Both the position numbers and the translations under genes were made by a program. This document shows, piece after piece, positions 46,499 to 58,774 of a stretch of DNA of 64,000 nt. This stretch comes from Trichoplax sp. H2 (Eukaryota). Location: NCBI GenBank assembly GCA_003344405.1, contig NOWV01000024.1, positions 62,001-126,000 of the forward strand. The letters are read 5' to 3'. The notes below the pieces were generated by a model. The model was not told the origin of the DNA, did not search any database, and was given only the letters and a program-made list of their open reading frames with translations. Each line of letters begins with the position of its first letter. Positions within the stretch are counted from its first letter, which is position 1.

Positions 46499-47713
46499 TC
46501 ACCACAGCGATAATGATCGTTTCAAGACCGACCAAACACTATTGGATAATTGCGATTGCACCTTTTTATCGGCTACTACTTCTTGACATACATGCTTGCC
46601 TAATTCAATGGATTGATGCGATACCACATCAGATGCAATGACATCCCTTAGTCCAAGGGCAACAAAATCCTTAGTTTGTTGACTTCCAATGACATTGTTC
46701 AAAACACGTTGTAGCGTTGCTTGTGTATTAGCATCTTTCATCAGCATTTCCATATAACTTAATAGTTTGTTTTTTGTAACTTCATCTTGCATTAACTGAT
46801 CCAGCACTTTCTTTGACAATATTGTCAGTTGTTGTAATGTGTGAGGATCGTTGATGACATAGATTAATAATCTTTGTAGAGCTATTTTTGTCTCTTGTTG
46901 CTCTGCTAACTGAGTAATAAATTTAATAGCGGCATTTTGTGTTTGCTCATCATTTAAGATATCTTGTATCAATGTTTTGGAGATGATATTGGCCTGATTG
47001 ACTACCTGAACGTCGCTTAACGATCGACTGGCCACATCGGCCACTTCATCAGCCATATTTTCACGTATATATTCGCGAAAGATGTAGACTGTTAGAAACA
47101 AAAACATGGTAATGCCAATGGTTAATTTAAATGCCGCATTTCCATGAGATCGTATGAAATTTTCGATATCATGTCGACTAAGGACGATTGTAGTATGTTG
47201 GCTATGGCTAGAAGATTGTGACATATTGACTTTCTTATCTGGTTTGGCCATCGTACTGAAGGAAACGTTTGATTTGAAGCGATTTAATATTGAACTGTTG
47301 AAGAATAGTGGTTGTTTCAACCCGCCATGACCGTATCGATCAGAATTGAAAGTGAACCACTGTTGGCTCCCTTTTGGACTATGTATCATCATCATCGTTC
47401 TCCGAAGTAGAAGTGAACCTAATGGAGGTGGAACGATCAACGATTGTGCTCGTATGGAAGACGGGAATAGTAATCTTGTTTGCATGATGATTTCAGATTG
47501 ATTTGCTGTAGGTAGAAAAGATGGATTAGCAGTTCTTGCTGCTGTGCATGGAACGATACACGATTTTACGACTGACTGGGATAGAAATGTTGTTTGCATG
47601 GTGGGCATAAGTTGATTGCTTGTTGCAACAAGAGATCGATTACCCAATGTTGCAGCTCCCCATGAATTCAATAAGCATGGTTTATATAATTGAGACAGTA
47701 ATCTTGCCCACAT
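46499..47713 (-). CDS. Intronless 404-aa putative mitochondrial single-pass membrane protein with tandem amphipathic helical repeats
   Basis: A 1215-bp ORF. The long N-terminus is Arg/Ser/Leu-rich and nearly free of acidic residues (MWARLLSQLYK..., presequence-like). One TM segment (LTIGITMFLFLTVYIF) is followed by 17/21-aa repeats. Confidence 0.85.
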   Translation of the reverse strand: MWARLLSQLYKPCLLNSWGAATLGNRSLVATSNQLMPTMQTTFLSQSVVKSCIVPCTAARTANPSFLPTANQSEIIMQTRLLFPSSIRAQSLIVPPPLGSLLLRRTMMMIHSPKGSQQWFTFNSDRYGHGGLKQPLFFNSSILNRFKSNVSFSTMAKPDKKVNMSQSSSHSQHTTIVLSRHDIENFIRSHGNAAFKLTIGITMFLFLTVYIFREYIRENMADEVADVASRSLSDVQVVNQANIISKTLIQDILNDEQTQNAAIKFITQLAEQQETKIALQRLLIYVINDPHTLQQLTILSKKVLDQLMQDEVTKNKLLSYMEMLMKDANTQATLQRVLNNVIGSQQTKDFVALGLRDVIASDVVSHQSIELGKHVCQEVVADKKVQSQLSNSVWSVLKRSLSLW

Positions 47714-48289
47714 GGTGATTTGTGATGGATGAGATCTACAACCTTATTAATGATATATCGATAACCTTTTTCCGATCCAGTACTAGTTTGTGTTTCCAAA
47801 GTAGGAAATTATCATTGAGTTATAGACAATGACGATTGATCCGTTGTAAGATTCTGTTGTCGTTTTTAATGGTTTTTTTCCTTTTTCAATCCTCTGATAG
47901 AAGATAGGGTGAGGACTATGGAGGAGAGCGGAGTGATCATCCGTATTCCTTGATAGACCTTCCAATGAATCGCGGAGAAGTTTTCTACTCCAACGAGCAG
48001 AAAATGACGCAATCGAATGTCACTATTTTGCTATCAATCAATTATGAATGGTTGAAAAGTAATTTCATCGACTAGAACATCGATAAGGTAATCTTGGATA
48101 GCAACGAAATGGTGATCATAACATAGTCAATATGGAGTTGGACAGAGGCAAAAGATTTGTTCTTCTTTTCGATGATTTGCCATCGCACTTTCAAATAAAC
48201 ATCATGGCTAGAAGCCTAGAACCTAGAAGTGATTCCGTGATTCCTTCAAGGATGGACAGACCGACAGGATCGCTTCGCCGGCTATGGTA

Positions 48290-49585
48290 CCGTACCGCTT
48301 GCAGCTGGAGTACAGTACTGTGTACTGTACACTGTAGCCAGTGTACTGTAATGTTTGGAGCCGAATACTGTACTGTACAGTATAATGACTACAGTACAGT
48401 ATAGAGAGAGAGGTTTATTTCATACAGAAAGAGTAGAATGATTGGAAAATCCTAGCAGAAGAAACAGAGAGAGTCAGCATGATATCGATAGCCTCCGTTG
48501 GTACTGTGTAACGTGGACAGGACCTTTTCTAGCCTTTCAAAGGTCAGGTATTCAATGGGTTTAGTCTAGTGTGACAGACAGGCGGACATTTGTACATTAC
48601 TGTATTGTGCAATTTACTGTATTGTACAGTACTGTACACTCAGTGTACTGTACACTGTACACTGTACAGAAAAGGAAATGGTACCGTTTTTACCGTTATA
48701 TTGGACTACAGTAGAGAGAGAGAGAGAGAGAGAGCTTATTTCATACAGAATGAGTAGGATGACTGGAAAATCCTAGCAGAAGAAAGAGAGAGAGTCAGAG
48801 AGTAGCAATCATATCGATAGCCCGTTGGTGTAACGTGGACAGGACCTTTTCTAGCCTTTCAAAGGTCAGGTATTCATTTGGTTTCATTTGGACATGACAG
48901 ACAGGCGGACACCCTGTGCGTCATCATGTACAGTGTACAGTACATTTTACAGTACTGTACACTTCGTGTACTGTACACTGTACAGAAAAAGGAAATGATA
49001 CCCCTAGAATGGTACTAGTAACACTGGTGATGACGACTTGGCAGAACTAGCAGGGACTACTGAAGGCCGTCTTCAGTTCGACTTGAATACTTTTCTTCAT
49101 GACTGTACAGTCTCGATGAGGGTATAGTGAACTGCAGTTATTCATAACGTACCATGTACTAGTACTAATGTAGCCATCGGCGATGCCTCTTCGTCATCTA
49201 CTGTCTACGATTCGCTTCCTTGAGTACTCCTTTACAGTACTTACGATACAGTGTACAGTGTACAGTACACTGAATGTACACTGTACACTCAGGTCTACTG
49301 TAGACTACAGTACTGTACTGTACAGTACACTACTATTACAGTATACTACTATTATACTGTACTGTACGCTATCGTTGTTCGATTGTACCATGTACACTGT
49401 ACAGTACAGTAATACTATAAACTTGTAATGATCATGCGCTGTCAGTGTGAACGGCGTACCCATATACTGTACTGTACTGTATAGAAGCCGCCGCTTTTCA
49501 ATGCAATCAAGAGAGAGCAGTACTGTACAGTGTACAGTACAGTACACTGCACCAACAGCAATACACTGTACACTGTACTGTACAT
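48290..49585. repeat. TACAG island in the divergent promoter between the mitochondrial gene and RPF2, containing an about 320-bp duplication and a (GA)n tract
   Basis: Dense TACTG/TGTACA runs at 48310-48400, 48600-48670, 48930-48985 and 49230-49585. The duplicated block 48388-48685 vs 48706-49002 shares GTGTAACGTGGACAGGACCTTTTCTAGCCTTTCAAAGGTCAGGTATTCA exactly. Confidence 0.9.
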
Positions 49586-49921
49586 TCCACTGGACTGACA
49601 GCAGGAGGACAAGAACCTGGCTGCGCAGTGCTCACTGTGCGCAGCCAGCGTGATTAAGCAAGCAATCGTTTAAAGTAATCCTGCTCAATTAGCCTTGCAA
49701 GCTTTTGCAACTTATTCATCATTGATACAGTGGGTGCTTGAAAGACTTCTTTTACTTATTACAGTGGTAAACCATTGCATTAGCCAGCTATTGCGTACTT
49801 GTAATTCATCTGGATTACGGATAGTTGCCAATCAAGTGGCTAATAATAAGCTTGACTAGCTTCTCTTTCAATCCATACTGTGCAATATTCGTGTCCATTG
49901 TGCAACGTTGAAGGAACCGTC

Positions 49922-52064
49922 ATGGTCAAATCTTCAGATGATATTGTGTAAGTCGATGCCGTTCCGTGTGCTATAGGACGTATTTTGCATTGGATTGCTA
50001 CAGCAATAAGAAATGCTGTTCCAAAGAGGATTGTAGCCAATAGAGTGACTGACCTAATTCATCGTGTATCATCTTTTCCTTAGCAAACCCAAAACCAAGC
50101 GAGGCAAACGAGCCTTGGAACAACGAGAAGCTAAAATCAATGAAAATGCAAAGAAAGCTTTATTTCTACGCGGTACAAAAACAAGTGAAGTCGTCTCGCA
50201 AGCCATGAAAGATTGGGTAGGTCTTGTGGACTATTTCCAAAGCAGCCGTATGAAATAATGAAATTATTACATTGTATGATAGGCTAACCACTCGGATAAG
50301 CATGTACAGTAATAGTACTAGTACGATACAATACTGCACAATCAAAATATCCTGTATAAAAATGGAAGGCGCCCGAGTAGCGACTTGCTGTAATCTTGAG
50401 CACTCAATAGCTAATAACTATGCTATCCTTTTTATTCATTACAATTGAATCTGCAGTTACAACTGAAAAAACCCTTTGCTATATCTTATCAAAAGTAAGT
50501 TTACAGGTTGTACATTTGCATATCTTGGCACAGCGATTGCTTCTTGATTAATCTTACCTTCAATCGATGTTATCCCCAAGGAAATGACTGTTGTTAATAT
50601 TGTATCCATTTTTTTGGACTACTGTATCTTCACAGGAGAAATGAAATTAGACCTTTCGAAGACCAAACATCTCTGGTATGTCTTGTTCATTTATTCTACT
50701 TCATATTTTCCATGGCTGCCATGGACTTCATTAACGTATCAACATTCTAGCAATGAGACACAATGCAATGTAGCAAGACCTCTCAATGGCAAAGTATTAA
50801 TATTTAATTTCTTTCCGATCTCCTCTGTCCATAGGAATTCTTCTCCAAAAAGTCAGACGCTTCATTATTCGTATTTGGTAATCATACTAAAAAACGCCCG
50901 CATAATTTAGTCTTAGGTATGCCATTTTCCTCCATTTCATGATCAAAATGCAATCTATCAATCAATCAATAATTATTATAAACGTAAATTCTGGTAATTT
51001 CTATCTTGAATACTGGTATATGTCAAAACTATAGGAAGAATGTATGATTACCACCTATTAGACATGTTTGAATTGGGCATTACACAGTTTCAAGCTCTGC
51101 GAAATTTTAAGGTATATTCTATAGACTACGAGACCTTTGTGATATTGAGTACATTCAAAAATAATCATTCAATGTCTCTCTACCCTTTCATACAGGGTAT
51201 TAAGTCAACCCTTGGATGCAAACCATGCTTAATTTTTGCTGGTGAAGCTTTTGAAACTCAAACTGATTATATACGTCTTAAACATATGCTTCTTGGTTGG
51301 TTGAATTCCAATCACTCTATTTTAATAATAATGAATTATTCCGTATTCATTCTAGTGTTTCAACTCTCTCAATTTCAATGATCGTAACTTGTCGTATATA
51401 TCTCGTAGACTTTTTTCGAGGCCCAAAGGTTGACAATATTCGGTTAAATGGTTTAGAACACGTTATTCACATCACAGCTTTGAAGGAAAAGATTCTGTTT
51501 CGATGTTATAAGTGAGCTTTACTCATTTTGTAATCAATACTAAGTTGACTTGAGCTAGCTGCTCGGTCATTGCCCTTGCAACATAATTTCTAAGTTAATT
51601 ACACGTTATTACCCTTTCTTGTGGTTAGAGTTTTGCTTAAAAAGTCAGGTACTAAGACACCGCGTGTCGAATTACAAGAAATGGGACCTAGCATCGATTT
51701 TGAACTTAGAAGAACAAAATTAGGTTCAGAAGAACTACTAAAGGAAGCCAGAAAAGTACCCAGAGTCCTAAAGGTATAGTACTGCATAGAATAGAGACCT
51801 GTATACAAGAATTGAACACCTTTGATGATTGTTCATCTATCGAGAGGCTTACCATTTTCTTTCAATTGAATTCTATTAACTTAGCCGAAAAAAGAGAAAA
51901 ATATTTCTCATGATACATTTGGAGCGAAACTTGGCCGTGTACATATCCAATCACAAAATTTAAGTTCTATTCAAACTCGTAAAATGAAGGCATTAAAGCG
52001 TAAGAAAGAAAAGGATGTTGCTAGTGTAGACGCAAAGAAGGCCAAAAGTGCAGCAACAGAATGA
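49922..52064 (+). CDS. RPF2: Ribosome production factor 2 (Brix domain)
   Basis: Exon 1 is 49922-49947 (MVKSSDDIV) and exon 2 is 50084-50216 (KPKTKRGKRALEQREAKINENAK). Later exons give LKKP, IRPFEDQTSLEFFSKKSDASLFVFGNHTKKRPHNLVLGRMYDYHLLDMFELG, DFFRGPKVDNIRLNGLEHVI and TPRVELQEMGPS. The last exon 51885-52064 reads PKKEKNISHDTFGAKLGRVH..QTRKMKALK. Confidence 0.96.
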
Positions 52065-52574
52065 ATAAGCACCAATGTAGTTTTAGATAACATTTTTTAT
52101 TACTGATAACACTGAGGCCTGGCCTGCAAGGTGAAAATAAAGTTTTGTTACTTTATACTTGACCACCTCCATTACTTGTGTAAAACTACTTACATTGATT
52201 ACAGAATCTTGTATATTACAATTGCTATTAGATACCGATCATTGCGTTGTATATATATATATATATACAAAGTAGAGCTACTATAGCTTGTAATATGGCA
52301 TGTAAATTGCTAGATTAGAGGGAGTCTTCCACGTTACGCTGATAATTATTAACCTTAATTTCGTGATAATCATGAGAATAGATATTTTGCAAAGCTTTTT
52401 CAATTTTGTACAAAGTAGACTAATCTCCAATGTACCTGACGGCAATGATATTCAAGTTTAACTAAAATTGAGTGTCAATGATGGCAAACATTTTATAGTG
52501 TTTCAGAATAATATAAAAATTTCGGAGTAATGTCAAACCATGTTTGTATTGGTGTAATTACAATAACATATACA

Positions 52575-55500
52575 TCATGAAATCGTCTTGAAAGCTACTC
52601 TTCTAGGAGTTTTAGTAGGAGATATACTTGACTGAGTACTCTGCGACAACGTAACTTTATCGCTTTCTTCAGAACTGCTGGTGGTATCACTGGATAGTAG
52701 TTCGATTTTATTTGCGCTGTACTGATGCAGGTCTTCATTTTTTGTGCTTTCACGCTTTTCCTTGTTTTGACATGAATCGCCACTTTCAGAGTTGGCATTT
52801 TTATTAGTCACCGGTGAGAGAGTAATTAGAGTTGCCCTTTTAGTAGTGGTCACTTTCGGTGAATCATTCGCTACTTGATTCTCATTACACTTAGTGCTTG
52901 AAGTAGGCGATTGCCCGTTTAGGGTACCAAGAGTAATTAGTTTCGCTCTCTTTACAGGCTTAACCGGGGTATCATTTAACTGCTGATTACTCGTCGGAGA
53001 CTTTGCTCGAGAAGGTGTATCTTGTCTTGTAACTTCTAATTCGCTATTTCCATTCATCTTTAGGGGCGTCTTGTCTAATTCTTGATCAGATATTGACGAA
53101 TTAGGAGACTTTACATCATCAGTACATACGAGTTTCCTTTTACTTGCAGATTCTACCTGGGGCTGTAATATAAGAATAGAACATACAATCAGGAGTAATA
53201 ATGAGTAGTCCAGCAAGACACTATTATTCAGACTATGCCAATTTCAACAATGAAATATAACAGGACGGAATGCATGTTAAAGAGAAATTGTTTAATTAGC
53301 GATAGTATATCCTATTACATGTATTAGTTTGATGCTAATGCTATAACCCTAGCTCAGAAGGTTTTCAATATAAATACAAACCTGAGGATTATCGCATAAT
53401 TCAAGTTGACGTTTAACACCTAATTCGTCATCGGCAAAGGCAATAAGTGAACAATATCCATCTGCTGATGAAACAACCAAGAATTTTGCATCATGTGACC
53501 TAAAAGCAGAGAAAAAATTTCCGTACCATTGTCAAAGGCACGTGAATTACGTAGAATGTCTACCAAAGATAAAACCATCTTACCAAGCAATATCAGTTAA
53601 GGCTGCGTAGTGGATACAAGATATATATGCAAATGGCAATTTCTGTTGAGTATCGTATAAAATGACAGAATCTAAGGTAGCGACGGCGATAATCATCCGG
53701 TATGGCAAACTAATCGTTAAGAGAATTCAATAATAATATTAAGTCGTACGCATGCTATTCCATCATTGGCAAGTCATGTATTACTGCATTATCTTATCGC
53801 TACTAAAAAGAGTAGTTGAGAAGAGCTTAGAGAATAATTTTATAACGTTTCATCCTAGAAAGCCGAAACCATGAATGTAAGCAAGTATTAACATAGTTAT
53901 ATTTAGCTGAAAGCGGCTCGATTTGTAGTTTTAATGCAGTCCGTGAATGCTATTGCGACACTTACTCAAACATTTCTTGTTCCTTTTCAGTTTCAGTATT
54001 GCCATTATCTAGTAGAAAAGTCAATAAAGATCATAAGCGACATAAAGCTATTTGGTCGATATTGCCAATGTAGAAGTAATCTAACTGTATGAACACTTGA
54101 AAGTATTACCACTTGAGGCTTCCTTCATGTCTCGCTTTTCAAATAATACAGGGCAACATCTAACGGCGATAGAGGCTTTTTGACCTGATAATAAGCACAC
54201 TACGGGTCTAACAGACACCAAATTGAAAAAAAGAAAGTTGTAGTTCGGTTAGCAAATCAATGCTTATTATACAAATCTTTCTAATTTATGTAGTACATTA
54301 TGACATCTTAAATTTAGGCTTGCAGTTTCTCTCATACTTTGACATAGAATTCCTAGTAAATATAAATGTTGTATTTTTCATATCGTCTTTGTCTTCAATC
54401 TGGCCAGCTAAAAATGAAAATAATATCTGTTAGTAGTTGCTCATACCGAACAGCATAATGAGATAAAACGCGTGTATACAAGAATGCAAATTGCAGGGTG
54501 TAACTTAACAGTAATATATACATTTATCATACCCAGGAATGTCTCTATATACTTTATTTGAGTTACCTGGAACTACCATAAGCTTTCCATCAGGAGAAAA
54601 GTTAGGCCGTCTAAAGAACGTTTGTAGTGTTTCCTCATGGAATATTCTGTAATACTTGCGTTTTGTCTGTAAGTGAATATGTAGAAATAGTTTCATCTTT
54701 TATCAATATGCGTATAATAACGTAATCAGATACAAAAGTATACATCAAGACTATATCTTTTAGGCTGTTATGGTCGCCAACGCTAGCATCTATATTCTTG
54801 ATCGTCCGAGATCGTATACGAGTACAAGTCAACATTAAAAAGTATAAGTTGATCAATTACATCTACATTTCATACCTCTCCATCTTTTAATGGACGAGAT
54901 GAAGGCAATTTACTGATATTATACAAAGATCGTTGTTTCTCCATTGAATATACACGACAGCTACGATCGCTGGATAAAGTCATAAAATACTGATTTAGAG
55001 GGTCCCAAGATACTCCCTGGACATAATGTGTGTGTTCTTTTAAAATGTTTAATTTTTGGCCTATCGTGACACAATGAAATGGATTAGAATCCTGTCTATG
55101 ACACCATAATTTAGAAAAAGTCAATCTAGTTATCTTCTCACATTTATCAACATCCCATACAATGGCTGAATTGTCTACTGATCCAGAAATTAGCCTAGTT
55201 GCATCGCGTGACCATGCAATATCATAAACGTCTTCCAAGTGTCCTCTATGATACCATAAAGCCAAAATTAGTCCATTAGTGAACATTGTATTATCAAGCT
55301 GCAAACTGATTTAGCAGCTTCCACGGTATGATGATATAATGTATATAAATGGTTACAGTATTAATGTTTCTTTGATTCATACTCATAGCATATCTGGGAT
55401 AATAACCTTAAGATTTTACTGACTGTCCAGCTTTCGCGTACTTCTAAATCCTCCGATTCAAGATAACGTTTATCACTACCATAATTTTCGGCTAATTTCC

Positions 55501-56796
55501 AAATTATAATCGTTCCATCTAAGTTTATTTAAGATTAGAAAATGGAAACTAAGAAGAAATTCTTCCAAGTTAATAAGTTAAATTGCCGTTATTCCTTTCT
55601 AATAAATAGAGTGAATTATTATTTGTTACGATTAATATGTATGGCTAAAAGTGTCTTACCGTCACTTCCAGAAGCCAAGAAATCCGTTGTTGAAAATCTG
55701 ACGACGTTGACAGTTTTAGTATGGCGAGATAAGTTAGAAAGAAATTCTGTAGTAATGTTGCCATCTTCGTCTTGATCTACTTTCCATATCTAGACGAAAG
55801 TAAAAGTATCATTGGATTAAAACTATCACAACGACCTGAATCTCCGTTATGGTTCCATAGTTATTCGGTTTGGGTAAGATTAATCATAATATAGACGCAT
55901 AAGAGGCGAGACTGTAGACTATCTCTACTTCAACAGACACATCCAATTACGGGACGTTATACTCGTATGAAATTTCTTCAGAAACTGCAAGTTGCTATGG
56001 CAATCATTATAAAGATATAGTAGACAACTACCGTAGCAGTTGAATGATGTCCATTTTGCATAGCTTTTCGCTGATAGCCGAATGCAAAACTTTGCATTGG
56101 TTTTAGAAGGTTCTTTTGATCGCAGTAGAGTGCAGGGATAATAACTAGGCCTATATACTTGAATCAATGAACCGTAACCAATGTTGCCATAACACTAGAT
56201 GACTTTGTATTGGCAATTATATAAGGTTCTACAGATAGTAGATCATTACATTGAATATTTGTGCTATAGCTGTGATATCAAGAGTTCATTGTTAGAGTAT
56301 ATATGGATAATACAAAGTGAATTGTATGCTAAGCGTAAGGCGCATCAAAAATAAATCATTCCAACAGGAATAGATCAGAACAATTTAGTATCGAGAATCA
56401 AACACTTCAATGCTGTCTATTTTACTTATGCATTCTTATATTCTGTTATTACTCATGCAATAGAATCAAGCCGATTGTACATAATACATTGACAGTTGAT
56501 GTGTGCTAATTCAAGAGTGGCTTTCAACTTGTATATCGATTGGATGGTGAGTAGTGAAAAAAGTTGCAGCCATGACATCACCACTGCTAGCCGGGATAGG
56601 ATCTTGTTGATCAAGATGCTATTATCCCTTCCAATAGTCTTATAAAAATCATTTTACTTCCCACCATGATTACCTTAATATCTGCATCCCCTCCAGCCGA
56701 TGCTAAACGCCATAAAGAATTGCTAGCTTGACTAAAATCGATACTAAAGATGGGCTCTTTACCATGCCAAGCAATTTCTGGTGTGGAAACCTTCAT
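52575..56796 (-). CDS. CHAF1B: Chromatin assembly factor 1 subunit B (CAF-1 p60), WD40
   Basis: [124 protein letters not shown]. The low-complexity tail ends [10 protein letters not shown]. Confidence 0.96.
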
Positions 56797-57124
56797 GTTG
56801 TTTTCCTATCTCACATTCTTTCTGCCTTGGTTCATTTCCCGCCAAGCGCTTTTATACCCAGCCCTTACAGTACTTTACACTTTCACGAAGGAATCGAAGG
56901 ACTGTAGCCAGGAGAGTACAGTATATAGTACTGTAATTTTCAGATCGTTTGGCCTAGAATACAGTTTCTATGGATTAGGGAATGACTGATGAAATGAGTC
57001 TTGTTTAGCACCCAATATTAACTGCAAGGTTGCCTTTGCGCAGTATGGTAGTATGATGCACGGTTGCAGTTATAGCGTATAGTAAAATGACCAGTTAAAA
57101 TAGTCAAACTATACATTTCTAATA

Positions 57125-58217
57125 GCGGCATAGCAAGCCTGTAAAATGGCTGAAAGAAGTGTTGCTATACTGCAGTATTGCCTTCATGAATTAAATGATA
57201 TCTTTCAAATTTGAAGAAGTCTGCTTTAAATTGAGCTCAAATTTCTCGCAGACAGATCAGTATTACAGAGGCGTAGCGAGCACTGTAGAATGGTTTGCTA
57301 TACTGCAGTATTACCTTCATTAATTAAATGATATCTTTCAAATTTGCAGAAGTCTGCTTTAAATTGAGCTCAAATTTCTCGCAGACAGATCAGTATTACA
57401 GAGGCGTAGCGAGCCCTGCAGAATGGTTTGCTATACTGCAGTATTACCTTCATGAACTAAATGATATCTTTCAAATTTGCAGAAGTCTGTTTTAAATTGA
57501 GCTCAAATTTCTCGCAGACAGATCAGTATTACAGAGGCGTAGCGAGCACTGTAGAATGATTTGCTATACTACAGTATTGCCTTCATTAATTAAATGATAT
57601 CTTTCAAATTTGCAGAAGTCTGCTTTAAATTGAGCTCAAATTTCTCGCAGACAGATCAGTATTACAGAGGCGTAGCGAGCACTGTAGAATGATTTGCTAT
57701 ACTGCAGTATTGCCTTCATTAATTAAATGATATCTTTCAAATTTGAAGACGTTTGCTTATAATTGAGCCCAAAATTCACGCAGACGGATCAGTATCACAG
57801 AGGCGTAGCGAGCCCTGTAAAATGGTTAAAAGATATTCAGCTATACTACACTATTGCCTTCATTAATTAAATGATATCTTTCAAATTTGAAGAAGTCTAC
57901 TTTAAATTGAGCTCAAATTCTACTCAGACAGATCAGTACAACCTTAAGAGTACATGTTATATAAGATCGTTGTTACAAAGGCGTAGCGAGCCCTGTAGAA
58001 TGGTTAAAAGATATTCAGCTATACTGCAGTATTGCCTTCATTAATTAAATGATATCTTTCAAATTTGAAGAAGTCTACTTTAAATTGAGCTCAAATTCTA
58101 CTCAGACAGATCAGTACAACCTTAAGAGTACATGTTATATAAGATCGTTGTTACAAAGGCGTAGCGAGCCCTGTAGAATGGTTAAAAGATATTCAGCTAT
58201 ACTACAGTATTGCCTTA
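57125..58217. repeat. Young tandem satellite, 133-bp unit (longer variants of about 144 and 178 bp), about 7-8 copies
   Basis: AAATGATATCTTTCAAATTTG recurs at about 57193, 57326, 57459, 57592, 57725, 57869 and 58047, and the units are nearly identical. Confidence 0.95.
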
Positions 58218-58774
58218 TTATTGTCATCATGTAGTACTTAACATATACAACATACAACTTGCATATTCCTACCTGTAAGCATATTGAATGAAAATTAAAT
58301 TTCCAATAGTAAAGAATAGTTCAAAATTGTCAATCATGCGTTGTGTTTCCAAGCTTAGTTGTTAACGTTGGCACAAGGGACTTTGATACACTTCACTTAG
58401 TACACGTGTCTTTTTATAGCTTTATTTTCCGATACAAAGTAATCCTTATACTGTAATTAGGTATATCATTACTCTACATCTTGGCTGATTGTATATACTT
58501 TTAAAAGTAGTAATCAATAGAAATTAAAACTGCTAGCAAGCGCTTCACAAAATATCTTAGATTGGAGGATACTGTTATGTAGATATACTATGATTAACAG
58601 ATTTAATAGACTTGTAATAGCATAAGATAATACAGCTTGCAATAATACTGGCAATGGGAACAAGTAAGCCTTAATTAACAGCGCTTCGTAAGATCAATAT
58701 GAAAATATTGCCAGTAGAAGTACCATATTATAATTATGCATGAAATGGACTCGAAGGAGGGCATCCAGATAGAT

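Noticed and set aside
49948..51884. Intronic snoRNAs in RPF2 (and in the DBHS gene)
   Set aside because: No convincing C/D box pair with terminal stem or H/ACA architecture was seen by eye. An Infernal/Rfam scan would be needed to exclude them.
57125..58217. CRISPR-like array
   Set aside because: The units repeat over their whole length with no unique spacers, there are no cas genes, and the context is eukaryotic.
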